DNA of 64,000 bases from Deltaproteobacteria bacterium HGW-Deltaproteobacteria-12 (GTDB lineage: Bacteria > Desulfobacterota > Syntrophia > Syntrophales > Smithellaceae). The DNA is taken from the NCBI GenBank assembly GCA_002840565.1, contig PHBK01000003.1, forward strand, positions 47,493 through 111,492, read 5' to 3'. Below, in pieces: positions 1-9,126 of the stretch. The translations under genes and the position numbers were made by a program. The notes beneath the pieces were generated by a model. The model made no database searches. It was given only the letters and a program-made list of their open reading frames with translations, and was not told where the DNA came from. How positions within the stretch are numbered: the first letter of the stretch is position 1; every line of letters starts with the position of its first letter.

Positions 1-606
1 ACCATTAACGCTCAATTGCCTCACCGGATCGCGCTTGTCTGCCGCGGCATAGACGCAAGGCTGATACAAATGAGCACGGATTGTGTTTTTAACGGGAAAA
101 GAGGTGGATATAAGGAGAGCGATTCATCAAATGCCGAGGATCTCTACGGCCGGACGAAATATCTGGGAGAACTCAACGATCAGCATTGTGTAACCCTGAG
201 AACATCAATTATCGGTCACGAACTTAAAGGGCGCTTTGGATTACTGGAATGGTTTCTGGCGCAAGACAAGCAAGTCAGGGGATTTCGCAAAGCTATATTT
301 TCCGGCTTTCCTACAGTTGAACTTGCCCGAATTATCCATGATTGCATTTTGCCCAATCTTGAACTGAGCGGTATTTATCACGTGTCTTCAGAGCCTATTT
401 CCAAGTATGATCTTTTGCAAAAAGTTGCACAAAGATATGATAAGAAAATAGAGATAGAGCCGGACGATACATTTATTGTGGACCGCTCCCTCGATTCGAC
501 TGTCTTTCGTGAAGCAACAAATTATATACCACCTTCCTGGGACAAACTCATTGAAATGATGCATCAAGAGTTTCTTGCTAACCGTTGTTTTTATTCTGCA
601 GAATAA
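1..606 (+). CDS. RmlD-like NAD(P)-dependent sugar-nucleotide reductase, C-terminal part (5' end outside window)
   Basis: The frame is open from base 1. 'STDCVFNG...YGRTKYLGE' is the SDR YxxxK catalytic region of dTDP-4-dehydrorhamnose-reductase-type enzymes. It lies directly upstream of a non-hydrolysing 2-epimerase, as in L-QuiNAc/L-FucNAc loci. Confidence 0.7.
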   Translation, partial: TINAQLPHRIALVCRGIDARLIQMSTDCVFNGKRGGYKESDSSNAEDLYGRTKYLGELNDQHCVTLRTSIIGHELKGRFGLLEWFLAQDKQVRGFRKAIFSGFPTVELARIIHDCILPNLELSGIYHVSSEPISKYDLLQKVAQRYDKKIEIEPDDTFIVDRSLDSTVFREATNYIPPSWDKLIEMMHQEFLANRCFYSAE

Positions 607-631
607 TCAAGAAAGGGAGAACAGGTAAAAT

Positions 632-1759
632 ATGGCTTTAAAAGTAATGACCATTGTCGGTACAAGGCCGGAAATCATTAAGCTCAGCAGAGTCATTTAC
701 CAACTCGATATGCACACAAGACACACGCTCGTGCATACCGGGCAAAACTATGATTATGAGCTGAACGAGATATTTTTTCAGCAGATGGCGATTAGAAAGC
801 CCGATCACTTCCTCAATACCGCCGCGGAGAGTGTGGCGCAAACAGTCGGTAATGTAATTGCAAAAGCGGATGAAGTATTGGGCAAGGAAATGCCGGATGC
901 CCTTTTACTTCTGGGAGATACCAACAGCTGTCTTGCTGCATATCCCGCGAAAAGGCGCAAAATCCCGATCTTCCACATGGAAGCAGGGAACCGTTGTTTT
1001 GACTTGCGGGTACCGGAGGAAATCAATCGCAAAATTATTGACCATATCAGTGATATAAACATGCCCTATACGGAACATGCACGCCGCTACCTTTTGGCCG
1101 AAGGTATAAAGCCCCAGACGGTTATCAAGACAGGCTCACCCATGAAGGAAGTGCTTGTTCATTATCGTCAGCAGATTGAAGCATCGGATATTTTAGAGAA
1201 GCTCAAACTGAAGCGGAGCCGCTATTTTGCAGTCAGCTCGCACCGGGAAGAAAATATCGACAATGAAAGTAATTTCCGTGACTTGATAGATACCTTGGAA
1301 GCTGTAGTGGAAAAATATAATTTGCCGCTTATTTTTTCTACTCATCCCCGAACGAGAAAACGCATGGAAAACAACACTGTCAGAAAATTAGACAAGCGGA
1401 TTAAATTTTTAAAACCTCTCGGCTTTCCGGATTATGTTAAGCTGCAGATGAATGCTTTTTGCGTTATTTCCGACAGCGGAACGATTACAGAGGAATCATC
1501 AATCCTGAACTTTCCGGCCATAACCATCCGGCAGATGCATGAAAGACCGGAAGGAATGGATGAAGGTACTTTAATTATGTGCGGTCTGAAACAGGAGGGG
1601 GTGCTGGATGCTATCAATGTGGTGCGGTCAAATTATATTGATGGTGAGCGGCAATTTCGAATTGTATCCGATTACGAGACGGAAAATGTTTCGCAAAAAG
1701 TAGTGCGGATCATTATGAGTTACACTGATTACGTCAACCGGACTGTCTGGTATAAATAG
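632..1759 (+). CDS. wecB: UDP-N-acetylglucosamine 2-epimerase (non-hydrolysing), WecB/FnlC/WbvD family
   Basis: N-terminus 'KVMTIVGTRPEIIKLS', 'HTGQNYD', 'GDTNS', 'HMEAGNR' and 'SDSGTITEE' are family hallmarks. A GGAG RBS lies upstream. Confidence 0.9.
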   Translation: MALKVMTIVGTRPEIIKLSRVIYQLDMHTRHTLVHTGQNYDYELNEIFFQQMAIRKPDHFLNTAAESVAQTVGNVIAKADEVLGKEMPDALLLLGDTNSCLAAYPAKRRKIPIFHMEAGNRCFDLRVPEEINRKIIDHISDINMPYTEHARRYLLAEGIKPQTVIKTGSPMKEVLVHYRQQIEASDILEKLKLKRSRYFAVSSHREENIDNESNFRDLIDTLEAVVEKYNLPLIFSTHPRTRKRMENNTVRKLDKRIKFLKPLGFPDYVKLQMNAFCVISDSGTITEESSILNFPAITIRQMHERPEGMDEGTLIMCGLKQEGVLDAINVVRSNYIDGERQFRIVSDYETENVSQKVVRIIMSYTDYVNRTVWYK

Positions 1760-1769
1760 CTACAATAGT

Positions 1770-2966
1770 ATGAGGATATTACTACTCGTTGTTTATTATC
1801 TGCCGAGTGCCATGGCTAGCGCCAAGCTTATTCATGATTTGGCCGAGGAGTTGCTGAGCCTGGGACATGAACCTATTGTGGTTGCTCCTGACGAAAATAT
1901 TTATTCGGACACGGAAATATCCGATGAAGACGGCATCAAGGTATTACGAATACGCACGGGTAAAATCAAAACGGCAAGCAGACTGATGCGCGGCATTAAT
2001 GAAGCCCGGCTTTCGCAAACAATCTGGGAAAAAAGCCGGGACTTTTTCCGGGATAATCCCTGTGACTTGATAATCTACTATTCACCGACCATCTTTTTTG
2101 GAACACTTGTAAAAAAATTAAAAATTATTTTTTCCTGCCCAGCGTATTTAATTCTCCGGGACATCTTCCCTCAATGGGCGGTTGATGCCGGAGTTCTGCG
2201 GCGGGGGCTGATTTTTAATTACTTTAAATTCAAAGAGCGGCAGAATTATGAAGCCGCGGACATTATCGGGGTGCAATCACCGGCAAATCTCCATTATTTT
2301 AACGATAAGGGTATTAATGAGAAGCATCAGCTGGAGGTGATTTACAACTGGAGCAAATTAAAGGAAGAAAATGTTCCCTACGGAAATTACCGTGAGCGTT
2401 TGGGATTAAAGGGAAAAGTGGTCTTTTTTTACGGCGGCAATATCGGTGTGGCCCAAGACATGGACAATATCGTTCGTCTGGCGAAAAATATGCAAAGCGA
2501 AAGCACTGCTCATTTTCTGCTGGTTGGCAGCGGGAGTGAAGTGTCCAGATTACGGTCGGATATTTCTGCTGCCGGATTGACTAATATTGCCATCCATGAT
2601 GCCGTGGGGCAGCAGGAATATTTATCCATGCTGTCTGAATTTGATGTAGGTTTAATTTCCCTGAAGCGCAGTTTGCAGACACAAAATTTCCCCGGCAAAT
2701 TGTTAGGATACCTGTATCATTTTCTGCCGGTACTGGCCAGTATCAACCCGGGCAACGATTTAAAAGATATTTTGGAAGACCATCAGGCCGGTATGGTCTG
2801 CATCAACGGGGAAGATGAGCAGTTGGCTGTCTGCGCAAAAACTATGCTTATGGACGCTGAATTACGCCGACAAATGGGATTTAACGCTCATAAATTGCTG
2901 GAGAGTACCTTCTCGGTTTCCCGGGCAGCACAACAAATATTGTCTCATTTTAACCGTCATGAATAA
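1770..2966 (+). CDS. Glycosyltransferase family 4 (WbuB-like)
   Basis: 398 aa. 'MRILLLVVYYLPS' N-terminus and a GT-B C-terminal 'FPGKLLGY' region. Position after the 2-epimerase matches WbuB-type L-aminosugar transferases. Confidence 0.8.
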   Translation: MRILLLVVYYLPSAMASAKLIHDLAEELLSLGHEPIVVAPDENIYSDTEISDEDGIKVLRIRTGKIKTASRLMRGINEARLSQTIWEKSRDFFRDNPCDLIIYYSPTIFFGTLVKKLKIIFSCPAYLILRDIFPQWAVDAGVLRRGLIFNYFKFKERQNYEAADIIGVQSPANLHYFNDKGINEKHQLEVIYNWSKLKEENVPYGNYRERLGLKGKVVFFYGGNIGVAQDMDNIVRLAKNMQSESTAHFLLVGSGSEVSRLRSDISAAGLTNIAIHDAVGQQEYLSMLSEFDVGLISLKRSLQTQNFPGKLLGYLYHFLPVLASINPGNDLKDILEDHQAGMVCINGEDEQLAVCAKTMLMDAELRRQMGFNAHKLLESTFSVSRAAQQILSHFNRHE

Positions 2967-3972
2967 CAGGGGTCATTTCCCACGCTTACTAATTACGGGA
3001 GCAACCGGAGCTGTCGGTCCCATAGTCGTCAATGCCTTTTCTGCCGCCGGCTATTCTATCCGGACATTGTCTCTTGATCCACCGCCGGCAGGCCTTTGGC
3101 CGGAGAATGTGGAAATACGCATTGGTGATATCACCAATGATTCGGCCGTAGAGGCTGCCATGCAGGGTGTCGATGCGGTTGTCCACCTGGCGGCTTTGCT
3201 GCATATTGTCAATCCGCCACCGGCCCTGCAGGGAAAGTATGAACGTATCAATGTGGGGGGGACCTCGGCCGTAGTTTCTGCGGCGATTGAGGCGGGAGTA
3301 AAAAGAATTGTTCTGTTCAGCACAATTGCGGTTTACGGGCCTTCCGCCGGCCGCATCTTAACGGAAGAAACACCACCGCATCCCGACACATTCTATGCCC
3401 GGACCAAGCTGGATGCGGAAAAAATTGTCCTGGAAGCGAAAGGCACTGATGGCGTTAAACTGGGGACAGTGCTGCGTCTGGGCGCAGTCTATGGATCCCG
3501 CATTAAGGGCAACTATGAAAGGCTTACCCGCGCCCTGGCGCGCCATCTCTTTATACCCATAGGCAGCGGCCTCAACCGGCGAACTCTGATTTATGACAAG
3601 GATGTTGCCCGGGCGGCGGTACTGGCGGTTTCTTCTTCCGCTGCTGCCGGGCGGGTGTTCAATGTCACCGACGGGCAATATCACACACTAAATGAAATTA
3701 TTGAAGCTATTTGTCTGGCTCTGGGCCGCAGGCCTCCCCGATTTGCATTGCCCGCGGCACTTATGCACCGGATTGCCGGTTATGTTGAAAAAGGAGGCCA
3801 GGCCGCCGGTTTAAAACTTCCGGCCCTGAGGCTGATGATTGATAAATATAACGAAGACGTTGCCGTTACCGGTGATTTAATCCGGAAAGAATTAGGATTC
3901 TATCCCTGTTATGATTTGCAAACCGGCTGGCAGGAAACAATCTGCGAGATGGGTCTGGGCAAGAGAAAATAG
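2959..3972 (+). CDS. NAD-dependent epimerase/dehydratase (SDR) family protein
   Basis: 'LLITGATGAVGPIV' Rossmann motif and 'YARTK' catalytic YxxxK. I chose the ATG at 2959 (overlaps the upstream stop) over the longer track ORF starting at 2815. Confidence 0.8.
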   Translation: MNNRGHFPRLLITGATGAVGPIVVNAFSAAGYSIRTLSLDPPPAGLWPENVEIRIGDITNDSAVEAAMQGVDAVVHLAALLHIVNPPPALQGKYERINVGGTSAVVSAAIEAGVKRIVLFSTIAVYGPSAGRILTEETPPHPDTFYARTKLDAEKIVLEAKGTDGVKLGTVLRLGAVYGSRIKGNYERLTRALARHLFIPIGSGLNRRTLIYDKDVARAAVLAVSSSAAAGRVFNVTDGQYHTLNEIIEAICLALGRRPPRFALPAALMHRIAGYVEKGGQAAGLKLPALRLMIDKYNEDVAVTGDLIRKELGFYPCYDLQTGWQETICEMGLGKRK

Positions 3973-3982
3973 TACTATCGAT

Positions 3983-4543
3983 ATGAAACGTATATTTGAT
4001 GTTTTATTGAGTCTGCTTCTCCTTTGCATTTTATTCCTCCCCATGTTTATCATTGGCCTGATTATTAAATTGTCTACCAGAGGTCCTGTTTTATACTGGT
4101 CAAAGCGGGTGGGTATAAATAATATCATCTTCAAAATGCCTAAATACCGTACGATGAGTCTTGATGCACCGGAAGTAGCCACTCACCTGATGAAAGATCC
4201 GGATCTTTATCTGACAGGGGTCGGATCACTCCTGAGAAAATTCAGTCTTGACGAACTGCCGCAACTATGGAGTATATTAAAAGGCGATATGAGTTTTGTG
4301 GGTCCTCGTCCGGCCTTGTTCAATCAGGATGATCTGATTGACCTGAGAACAGAAAAAATGATTTCACAATTGACTCCGGGAGTTACCGGGTGGGCACAGA
4401 TTAACGGCAGGGATGACTTGCCCATTCCGGTAAAGGTTAAGTATGATGAATATTATTTGCAGCATCAATCTTTCTTGTTTGATATTAAAATTTTATGGAA
4501 AACTGTCTTTAAGGTAATCAAGAAGGAAGGCGTAACACATTAA
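3983..4543 (+). CDS. Undecaprenyl-phosphate sugar phosphotransferase (small PglC/WbaP C-terminal-type 'bacterial sugar transferase')
   Basis: 'MKRIFDVLLSLLLL' re-entrant helix, 'SLDELPQLWSILKGDMSFVGPRP', 'PGVTGWAQINGR'. Start taken at the ATG at 3983. Confidence 0.85.
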   Translation: MKRIFDVLLSLLLLCILFLPMFIIGLIIKLSTRGPVLYWSKRVGINNIIFKMPKYRTMSLDAPEVATHLMKDPDLYLTGVGSLLRKFSLDELPQLWSILKGDMSFVGPRPALFNQDDLIDLRTEKMISQLTPGVTGWAQINGRDDLPIPVKVKYDEYYLQHQSFLFDIKILWKTVFKVIKKEGVTH

Positions 4544-4554
4544 AATATAAAAAA

Positions 4555-4752
4555 GTTTTAGGTTTTAAGTATGATGTGATTACGGTAATAGTTTTAAGTG
4601 TTACGTTTTAGGTTTTAAGGAAAATATCCATTTTTGGATTAAGAGAAAAGTAAAGAAGTGTTAGGTGGTATGTAAGGAGAAGTTTAACGTTTTAGTGATT
4701 AGGTATTAAGTAAAAACAAATACTTAACAACGTAAAACATAAAACTTAACAC
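4555..4752. repeat. Cluster of GTTTTAAG/GTTTTAGG-type short repeats forming an imperfect long hairpin upstream of the four-helix-bundle gene
   Basis: GTTTTAGGTTTTAAG occurs at 4555-4569 and 4605-4619. An inverted version, CTTAACAACGTAAAACATAAAACTTAACAC, lies at 4723-4752. A further inverted copy lies at 5108-5129, after the ORF. Confidence 0.7.
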
Positions 4753-4761
4753 GAGTTTTTT

Positions 4762-5112
4762 ATGAGCTATAAATCATTTGAAGAATTGGAAGTTTGGAAA
4801 ATAGGATGCCGTTTGGCAGTCCGGGTTTATGAAGTGCTTAAAGAATGCAGGGATTTCGGTCTAAAGGATCAGATGACAAGGGCGGCTGTCAGTATCTCCA
4901 GTAATATAGCCGAAGGGGCAGAACGAGATTCAAAACAAGAGTTTATCAGATTTTTACACATCGCTAAAGGATCAGCAGCGGAACTTCGGACACAGGTTTA
5001 CATAGCATGTCAAATTGGTATCATAAGCAACGACATACAGAAAGAGCTTACAGAAGAACTGAAGAAAATTTCTTCAATGCTGCATGCTCTCATTAAATCT
5101 ATTAAAGCTTAA
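4762..5112 (+). CDS. Four-helix-bundle protein (23S rRNA intervening-sequence protein / Avd-like family)
   Basis: 116 aa. 'SFEELEVWK...A..L...VY', 'D.QMTRAAVSISSNIAEG', 'F..FL.IAKGSAAELRTQ' match the TIGR02436/PF05635-type pattern. Confidence 0.85.
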   Translation: MSYKSFEELEVWKIGCRLAVRVYEVLKECRDFGLKDQMTRAAVSISSNIAEGAERDSKQEFIRFLHIAKGSAAELRTQVYIACQIGIISNDIQKELTEELKKISSMLHALIKSIKA

Positions 5113-5177
5113 CACTTAAAACTTAAAACTGTTTTCTTCTACATTTCTTTCCTGTTGATTTTACCTTGCTGTCATGA

Positions 5178-5196
5178 TACACGTAAATCACGTGTA
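5178..5196 (+). promoter_or_regulatory. Perfect 7-bp inverted repeat (TACACGT-N5-ACGTGTA), candidate VapB operator
   Basis: It lies 18 nt upstream of the vapB-like start and just before the AAGGAGG RBS. Confidence 0.4.
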
Positions 5197-5213
5197 AATA
5201 AGGAGGGCTTATC

Positions 5214-5447
5214 ATGAAACAAAATATCACCATCAGCCTTGATAAAGACCTGATCCGTACAGGCAAGATAATTGCGGCGCAGCAAGGGACATCGTTGAAT
5301 CGGATGTTGCGCCTGGAATTGGAAAGGATCATCCGGAACGTGAAGAAATACGATATAGCGAAACAGAAGGCCATTGCTGCGATGAAGACAGGCTTTCATT
5401 CCGGTAGGGCTCGCTACCCTTCCAGAGATGAGCTTCATGAGCGATAA
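5214..5447 (+). CDS. Ribbon-helix-helix-type antitoxin (VapB-like)
   Basis: 77 aa. N-terminal 'ITISLDKDLI' beta-strand followed by helices. It overlaps the downstream PIN gene by 20 nt. Strong RBS. Confidence 0.65.
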   Translation: MKQNITISLDKDLIRTGKIIAAQQGTSLNRMLRLELERIIRNVKKYDIAKQKAIAAMKTGFHSGRARYPSRDELHER

Positions 5448-5856
5448 GATATTTGTTGATACCAATATCCTCGTTTATGCCCATGACTTGAGCGCTGGAG
5501 ACCGCCATGCCAAGGTTTCTTCCATCATTGAAGGCCTGTGGGAAGCGGAAACGGGGGTTCTAAGTAGTCAGGTACTTCAGGAGTTTTATGTCACTGTCAC
5601 GCGCAAGATCAAGAATCCGTTGAAACCGGCTGAAGCGCGAGAAATCATCAGGAATTACCTCGCCTGGCCTATGCAAATCAATGATCCGGAGATGACCATC
5701 CGGGCTTCTGAAATAGAAGAAAAGAACAATCTCTCTTTTTGGGACGCTCTCATTATTGCTGCTGCACTTCGGCTGCAAGCAAAAAAAATAATCACGGAAG
5801 ACCTGAATCATGGGCAGGTAATAGAAGGTATTCTGATTGAAAATCCGTTATTGTAG
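5428..5856 (+). CDS. vapC: PIN-domain ribonuclease toxin (VapC family)
   Basis: 'IFVDTNILVYA' (first acidic residue), 'SSQVLQEF', 'FWDALIIAAA', 'ITEDLNHG'. This is the typical PIN acidic quartet layout. Confidence 0.85.
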   Translation: MSFMSDKIFVDTNILVYAHDLSAGDRHAKVSSIIEGLWEAETGVLSSQVLQEFYVTVTRKIKNPLKPAEAREIIRNYLAWPMQINDPEMTIRASEIEEKNNLSFWDALIIAAALRLQAKKIITEDLNHGQVIEGILIENPLL

Positions 5857-5867
5857 AACGCATTAAA

Positions 5868-7772
5868 ATGAATTTGCATCCTCAACTGACAAATCCCAAA
5901 TTTTATCTGGTGCTTTTTGGCGATGCCGTAATTTTTGCGCTGGCCCATATTGCAGCTTATTTGTTTCGTTTTGAATTTTCTCTTGCTTCTCTCTCTCTTC
6001 AGCAGATTAAAGCTGTGCTTCTCTGGCTTGTTCCACTGAAGCTGGTTGTATTTTTTTCTTTCGGGCTTTATCGGGGTATGTGGCGTTATACCAGCATCAG
6101 AGATTTCTGGCTGATAGCGCAGGCCACCGTTGTGTCTTCTTTGCTGGCCACAGTTATAATGATCTACTTAAATCGCTTCGAAGGATATTCCCGGGCTGTA
6201 TTTATTATTGATGGAGTCCTGACTTTTCTCCTTATCGGTGGACTGCGGATGGTGATAAGGTCTTACTATTCCTTTTATGCCATCTCCGGCGCTGAACCTT
6301 ATTCGTTGTCCAAAATACATTTCAAAAAAGTACTCATTGTTGGAGCGGGGGACGCCGGGGAAAAAATATTGCGCGAGATTATGGAAAATAATCAGTTGCA
6401 CTACAAAGTTATTGGTTTTATCGATGATGATCCGGTGAAAAAGGGACGATCGATTCACGGAATTCCCGTCATCGGCAATGTTGATAATATGGCATCCTTT
6501 CCGGAAAAAGAGGATATCCAGGAAATACTTATTGCTATTCCTTCGGCCACCGGTGATCAGATTCGCCATGTGGTGGAGGCCTGTCAAAAATGCGCCGTTT
6601 CCTATAAAATTGTTCCGGGCATCGGCGAACTCATTGACGGCCGGGTCAGCGTCAAAACTCTGCGGGATATCAGTTATGAAGATCTTTTAGGACGGCCGCC
6701 GGTGCGTTTGAATGTCGCCGGAATTCGTAATTATCTGGACGGGAAAACGATCCTTATTACCGGCTGCGGCGGATCAATCGGTGCGGAGCTTTGCCGTCAG
6801 GTCGTCAAATACCAGCCATATTCAATAATTCTGCTGGATGCGGGCGAAGCAAATTTGTTCAACATCCAGATGGAGCTGCAAAACGAAAAATACTGCCGGC
6901 GGTGCGAAGCAATCCTCGGACAGGTGCAAGACAGGCAGTTGATGGAGGACATATTTCTAAAATACAAGCCGCAGGTTGTTTTTCATGCCGCCGCGTACAA
7001 ACACGTTCCGATGCTGGAAAAAAATCCCTGGGAAGCGGTTTTTAACAACATAGTCGGCAGCCGCATGGTTATGGAAATGTCTCTTCGATACCATGTCGAA
7101 AGATTTGTGCTGGTATCGACAGATAAGGCTGTACGGCCGACCAATGTAATGGGAGCAAGCAAAAGAGTAACCGAACTGATCATGCAGTCGCTGCAGGGCA
7201 ACGGCACAAAATTTATGGCGGTGCGCTTCGGCAATGTTGTCGGATCCTCCGGTTCGGTAATCCCGCTTTTCCGGCGGCAAATAGAAAGGGGAGGCCCTGT
7301 CACGGTTACTCATCCCGAAGTAAATCGCTTTTTTATGACCATTCCGGAGGCATCGCAATTGATTCTGCAGGCCGGGGCAATGGGCGAAGGCGGAGAGATC
7401 TTTGTTCTGGAAATGGGAACGCCGGTGAAAATTGCCGATATGGCCCGCGACCTGATCCGTCTTTCCGGTAAAGAGCCGGAAGTGGATATTAAAATTGTTT
7501 TTACCGGATTGCGGGAAGGAGAAAAGCTCTACGAAGAGCTCGTCACCCTGGACGAAGACATTCTGCCGACGGGACATGAAAAGGTTATGGTATTGCGCGC
7601 CGGCAATCATTCGGATGATTCCGGGTATCTGTTCGAGGCAAGAAACAAATTGTGCAAGGCAATCGACGATTTGGCCAAAGATGCGGAAAGCCATAATACA
7701 AAGAGAATCAAGCAGAAGCTCAAAGAAATTGTTCCCGAGTACACGCCGCAGGAAAATGAAGCTGTACTATAA
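5868..7772 (+). CDS. Membrane-anchored polysaccharide biosynthesis protein CapD/WbpM/PglF family (UDP-GlcNAc 4,6-dehydratase type)
   Basis: 634 aa. Four N-terminal TM helices, two Rossmann motifs ('VGAGDAG', 'ITGCGGSIGAEL'), 'HAAAYKHVP', 'VLVSTDKAVRPTNVMGASKR'. Confidence 0.9.
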   Translation: MNLHPQLTNPKFYLVLFGDAVIFALAHIAAYLFRFEFSLASLSLQQIKAVLLWLVPLKLVVFFSFGLYRGMWRYTSIRDFWLIAQATVVSSLLATVIMIYLNRFEGYSRAVFIIDGVLTFLLIGGLRMVIRSYYSFYAISGAEPYSLSKIHFKKVLIVGAGDAGEKILREIMENNQLHYKVIGFIDDDPVKKGRSIHGIPVIGNVDNMASFPEKEDIQEILIAIPSATGDQIRHVVEACQKCAVSYKIVPGIGELIDGRVSVKTLRDISYEDLLGRPPVRLNVAGIRNYLDGKTILITGCGGSIGAELCRQVVKYQPYSIILLDAGEANLFNIQMELQNEKYCRRCEAILGQVQDRQLMEDIFLKYKPQVVFHAAAYKHVPMLEKNPWEAVFNNIVGSRMVMEMSLRYHVERFVLVSTDKAVRPTNVMGASKRVTELIMQSLQGNGTKFMAVRFGNVVGSSGSVIPLFRRQIERGGPVTVTHPEVNRFFMTIPEASQLILQAGAMGEGGEIFVLEMGTPVKIADMARDLIRLSGKEPEVDIKIVFTGLREGEKLYEELVTLDEDILPTGHEKVMVLRAGNHSDDSGYLFEARNKLCKAIDDLAKDAESHNTKRIKQKLKEIVPEYTPQENEAVL

Positions 7773-7796
7773 GAAATAGCATCAACGCTCTGCCCA

Positions 7797-8002
7797 GGAG
7801 ACTGTGTCACAATAGGTGAAATTGTCATTTCATGTCCTCCGCTGGCGGAGGTGTCACGTAGTGACGGAGGTGGACTAAGTAGTGCCAAGGTGTCACTTAT
7901 GAATATTACGGCCACTTCAAAAATATCCACCCCCTTACCCCCGCCAGCGGGGACATTACGAATAGACTGCAATCAGCATCTGTCAATTACGACACAGTCT
8001 CC
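7797..8002. repeat. ~206-bp palindromic intergenic element with 12-bp perfect terminal inverted repeats (GGAGACTGTGTC / GACACAGTCTCC)
   Basis: TIRs lie at 7797-7808 and 7991-8002. The inner mirrored hairpins CCTCCGCTGGCGGAGG (7836-7851) and CCCCCGCCAGCGGGG (7938-7952) have reverse-complementary cores (CCGCTGGCGG / CCGCCAGCGG). GTGTCAC occurs three times. Confidence 0.7.
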
Positions 8003-8025
8003 AGCCAGCAGGGGACATAAGCATA

Positions 8026-9126
8026 ATGGTCATAGCCGCTCAGCATAAAATATATATTCCCATAAAAAAAATCCTCATTATTCAATTAGGAGATATCGGC
8101 GATGTTGTCTGGATGATTCCGGCATTAGGGGCGATAAAAAAAGCATATCCCCAGGCGCAGCTAATGATTTTGGCCAGGCATCCTAATGCCGATGTGCTGC
8201 TGGATGATCCCCGAATTGCCTCGGTTTTTTCAGTCCGGATAGAAAGAAAATTTAAGGATAGACTGGCCGCCTCTTTTGAATTGCTTTGCAGTCTGCGCCG
8301 CGAGAAATTCGATCTGGTTATTGATTTGCGTGCCGATGATCGTGGAGCAATTACATCTTTGCTCACGGGGGCGCCGTTCAGAGCAGCGTTGTTTTATCCC
8401 GGCCTGTCCTGGCGCAATCGCCTGTTTACACATCTTGTTAATCCTCCGCCGGTCAAGAACAGGGTCTTTGGCGCAGCCGAACAATCATTGCAAATTATCC
8501 GCGGATTGGGAATTAAAGAGGAAACATCTGTACCGCGGATCGCTGTATCTGCGGAATCGGAACAAAAAGTCCGCCAAATTCTGGCAGCAGAAAATATTGC
8601 AGCAGATAATGGCTGGGTCAGCATAAATCCGTTTTCACGCTGGTCTTATAAAGAATGGGGAATGGACAAATGGCGGCGGATAGCTTCTTTAGTCTGGCAG
8701 GAATATGGCCTGCCGGTCGTCATAATCGGCTCGGGAGAAGAAAGGGAGCGGGCGGTAAAATTATTTTCAGACGCTCCGTCGCCTGTTCATAATCTGGCCG
8801 GGCTCATAGCTCTGCGGGATATTGCGGCTCTTTTAAAAATGAGCCGTTTGCACATCGGTGTGGACAGCGCCGCGCCTCATATAGCCGCAGCCGTCGGCAC
8901 ACCGACAATCACCATCTACGGCCCTTCCGATTGGCGCGATTGGGCGCCGCCGGGTGAGAAAAACAGGGTTGTGCTTCCCGACATGAATTGCTCGCCCTGC
9001 TATAAAAAAGGATGTGACGGCGGTGGCCGCAGTCTATGCCTGGAAGGCATAGATGTTAGAAAGGTGCAGACGGCTGTAGAAGAAATGCTGGGCAAAGACC
9101 TCAAAGTTTCTTTGCTTCCTCGATAA
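8026..9126 (+). CDS. Glycosyltransferase family 9 (LPS heptosyltransferase family)
   Basis: 'ILIIQLGDIGDVVWMIPAL', 'DSAAPHIAAAVGTPTITIYGPS', C-terminal 'CSPC' motif. Confidence 0.85.
   Translation: MVIAAQHKIYIPIKKILIIQLGDIGDVVWMIPALGAIKKAYPQAQLMILARHPNADVLLDDPRIASVFSVRIERKFKDRLAASFELLCSLRREKFDLVIDLRADDRGAITSLLTGAPFRAALFYPGLSWRNRLFTHLVNPPPVKNRVFGAAEQSLQIIRGLGIKEETSVPRIAVSAESEQKVRQILAAENIAADNGWVSINPFSRWSYKEWGMDKWRRIASLVWQEYGLPVVIIGSGEERERAVKLFSDAPSPVHNLAGLIALRDIAALLKMSRLHIGVDSAAPHIAAAVGTPTITIYGPSDWRDWAPPGEKNRVVLPDMNCSPCYKKGCDGGGRSLCLEGIDVRKVQTAVEEMLGKDLKVSLLPR

Noticed and set aside
4555-4752. Possible CRISPR array suggested by repeated GTTTTAAG/GTTTTAGG units
   Set aside because: The units are only 8-15 nt long, irregularly spaced, and occur in both orientations. 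There is no repeat-spacer periodicity and there are no cas genes.
6957-7694. 245-aa minus-strand ORF inside the capD/wbpM-like gene
   Set aside because: It is antisense to a gene with two clear Rossmann motifs, and it has no features of its own.
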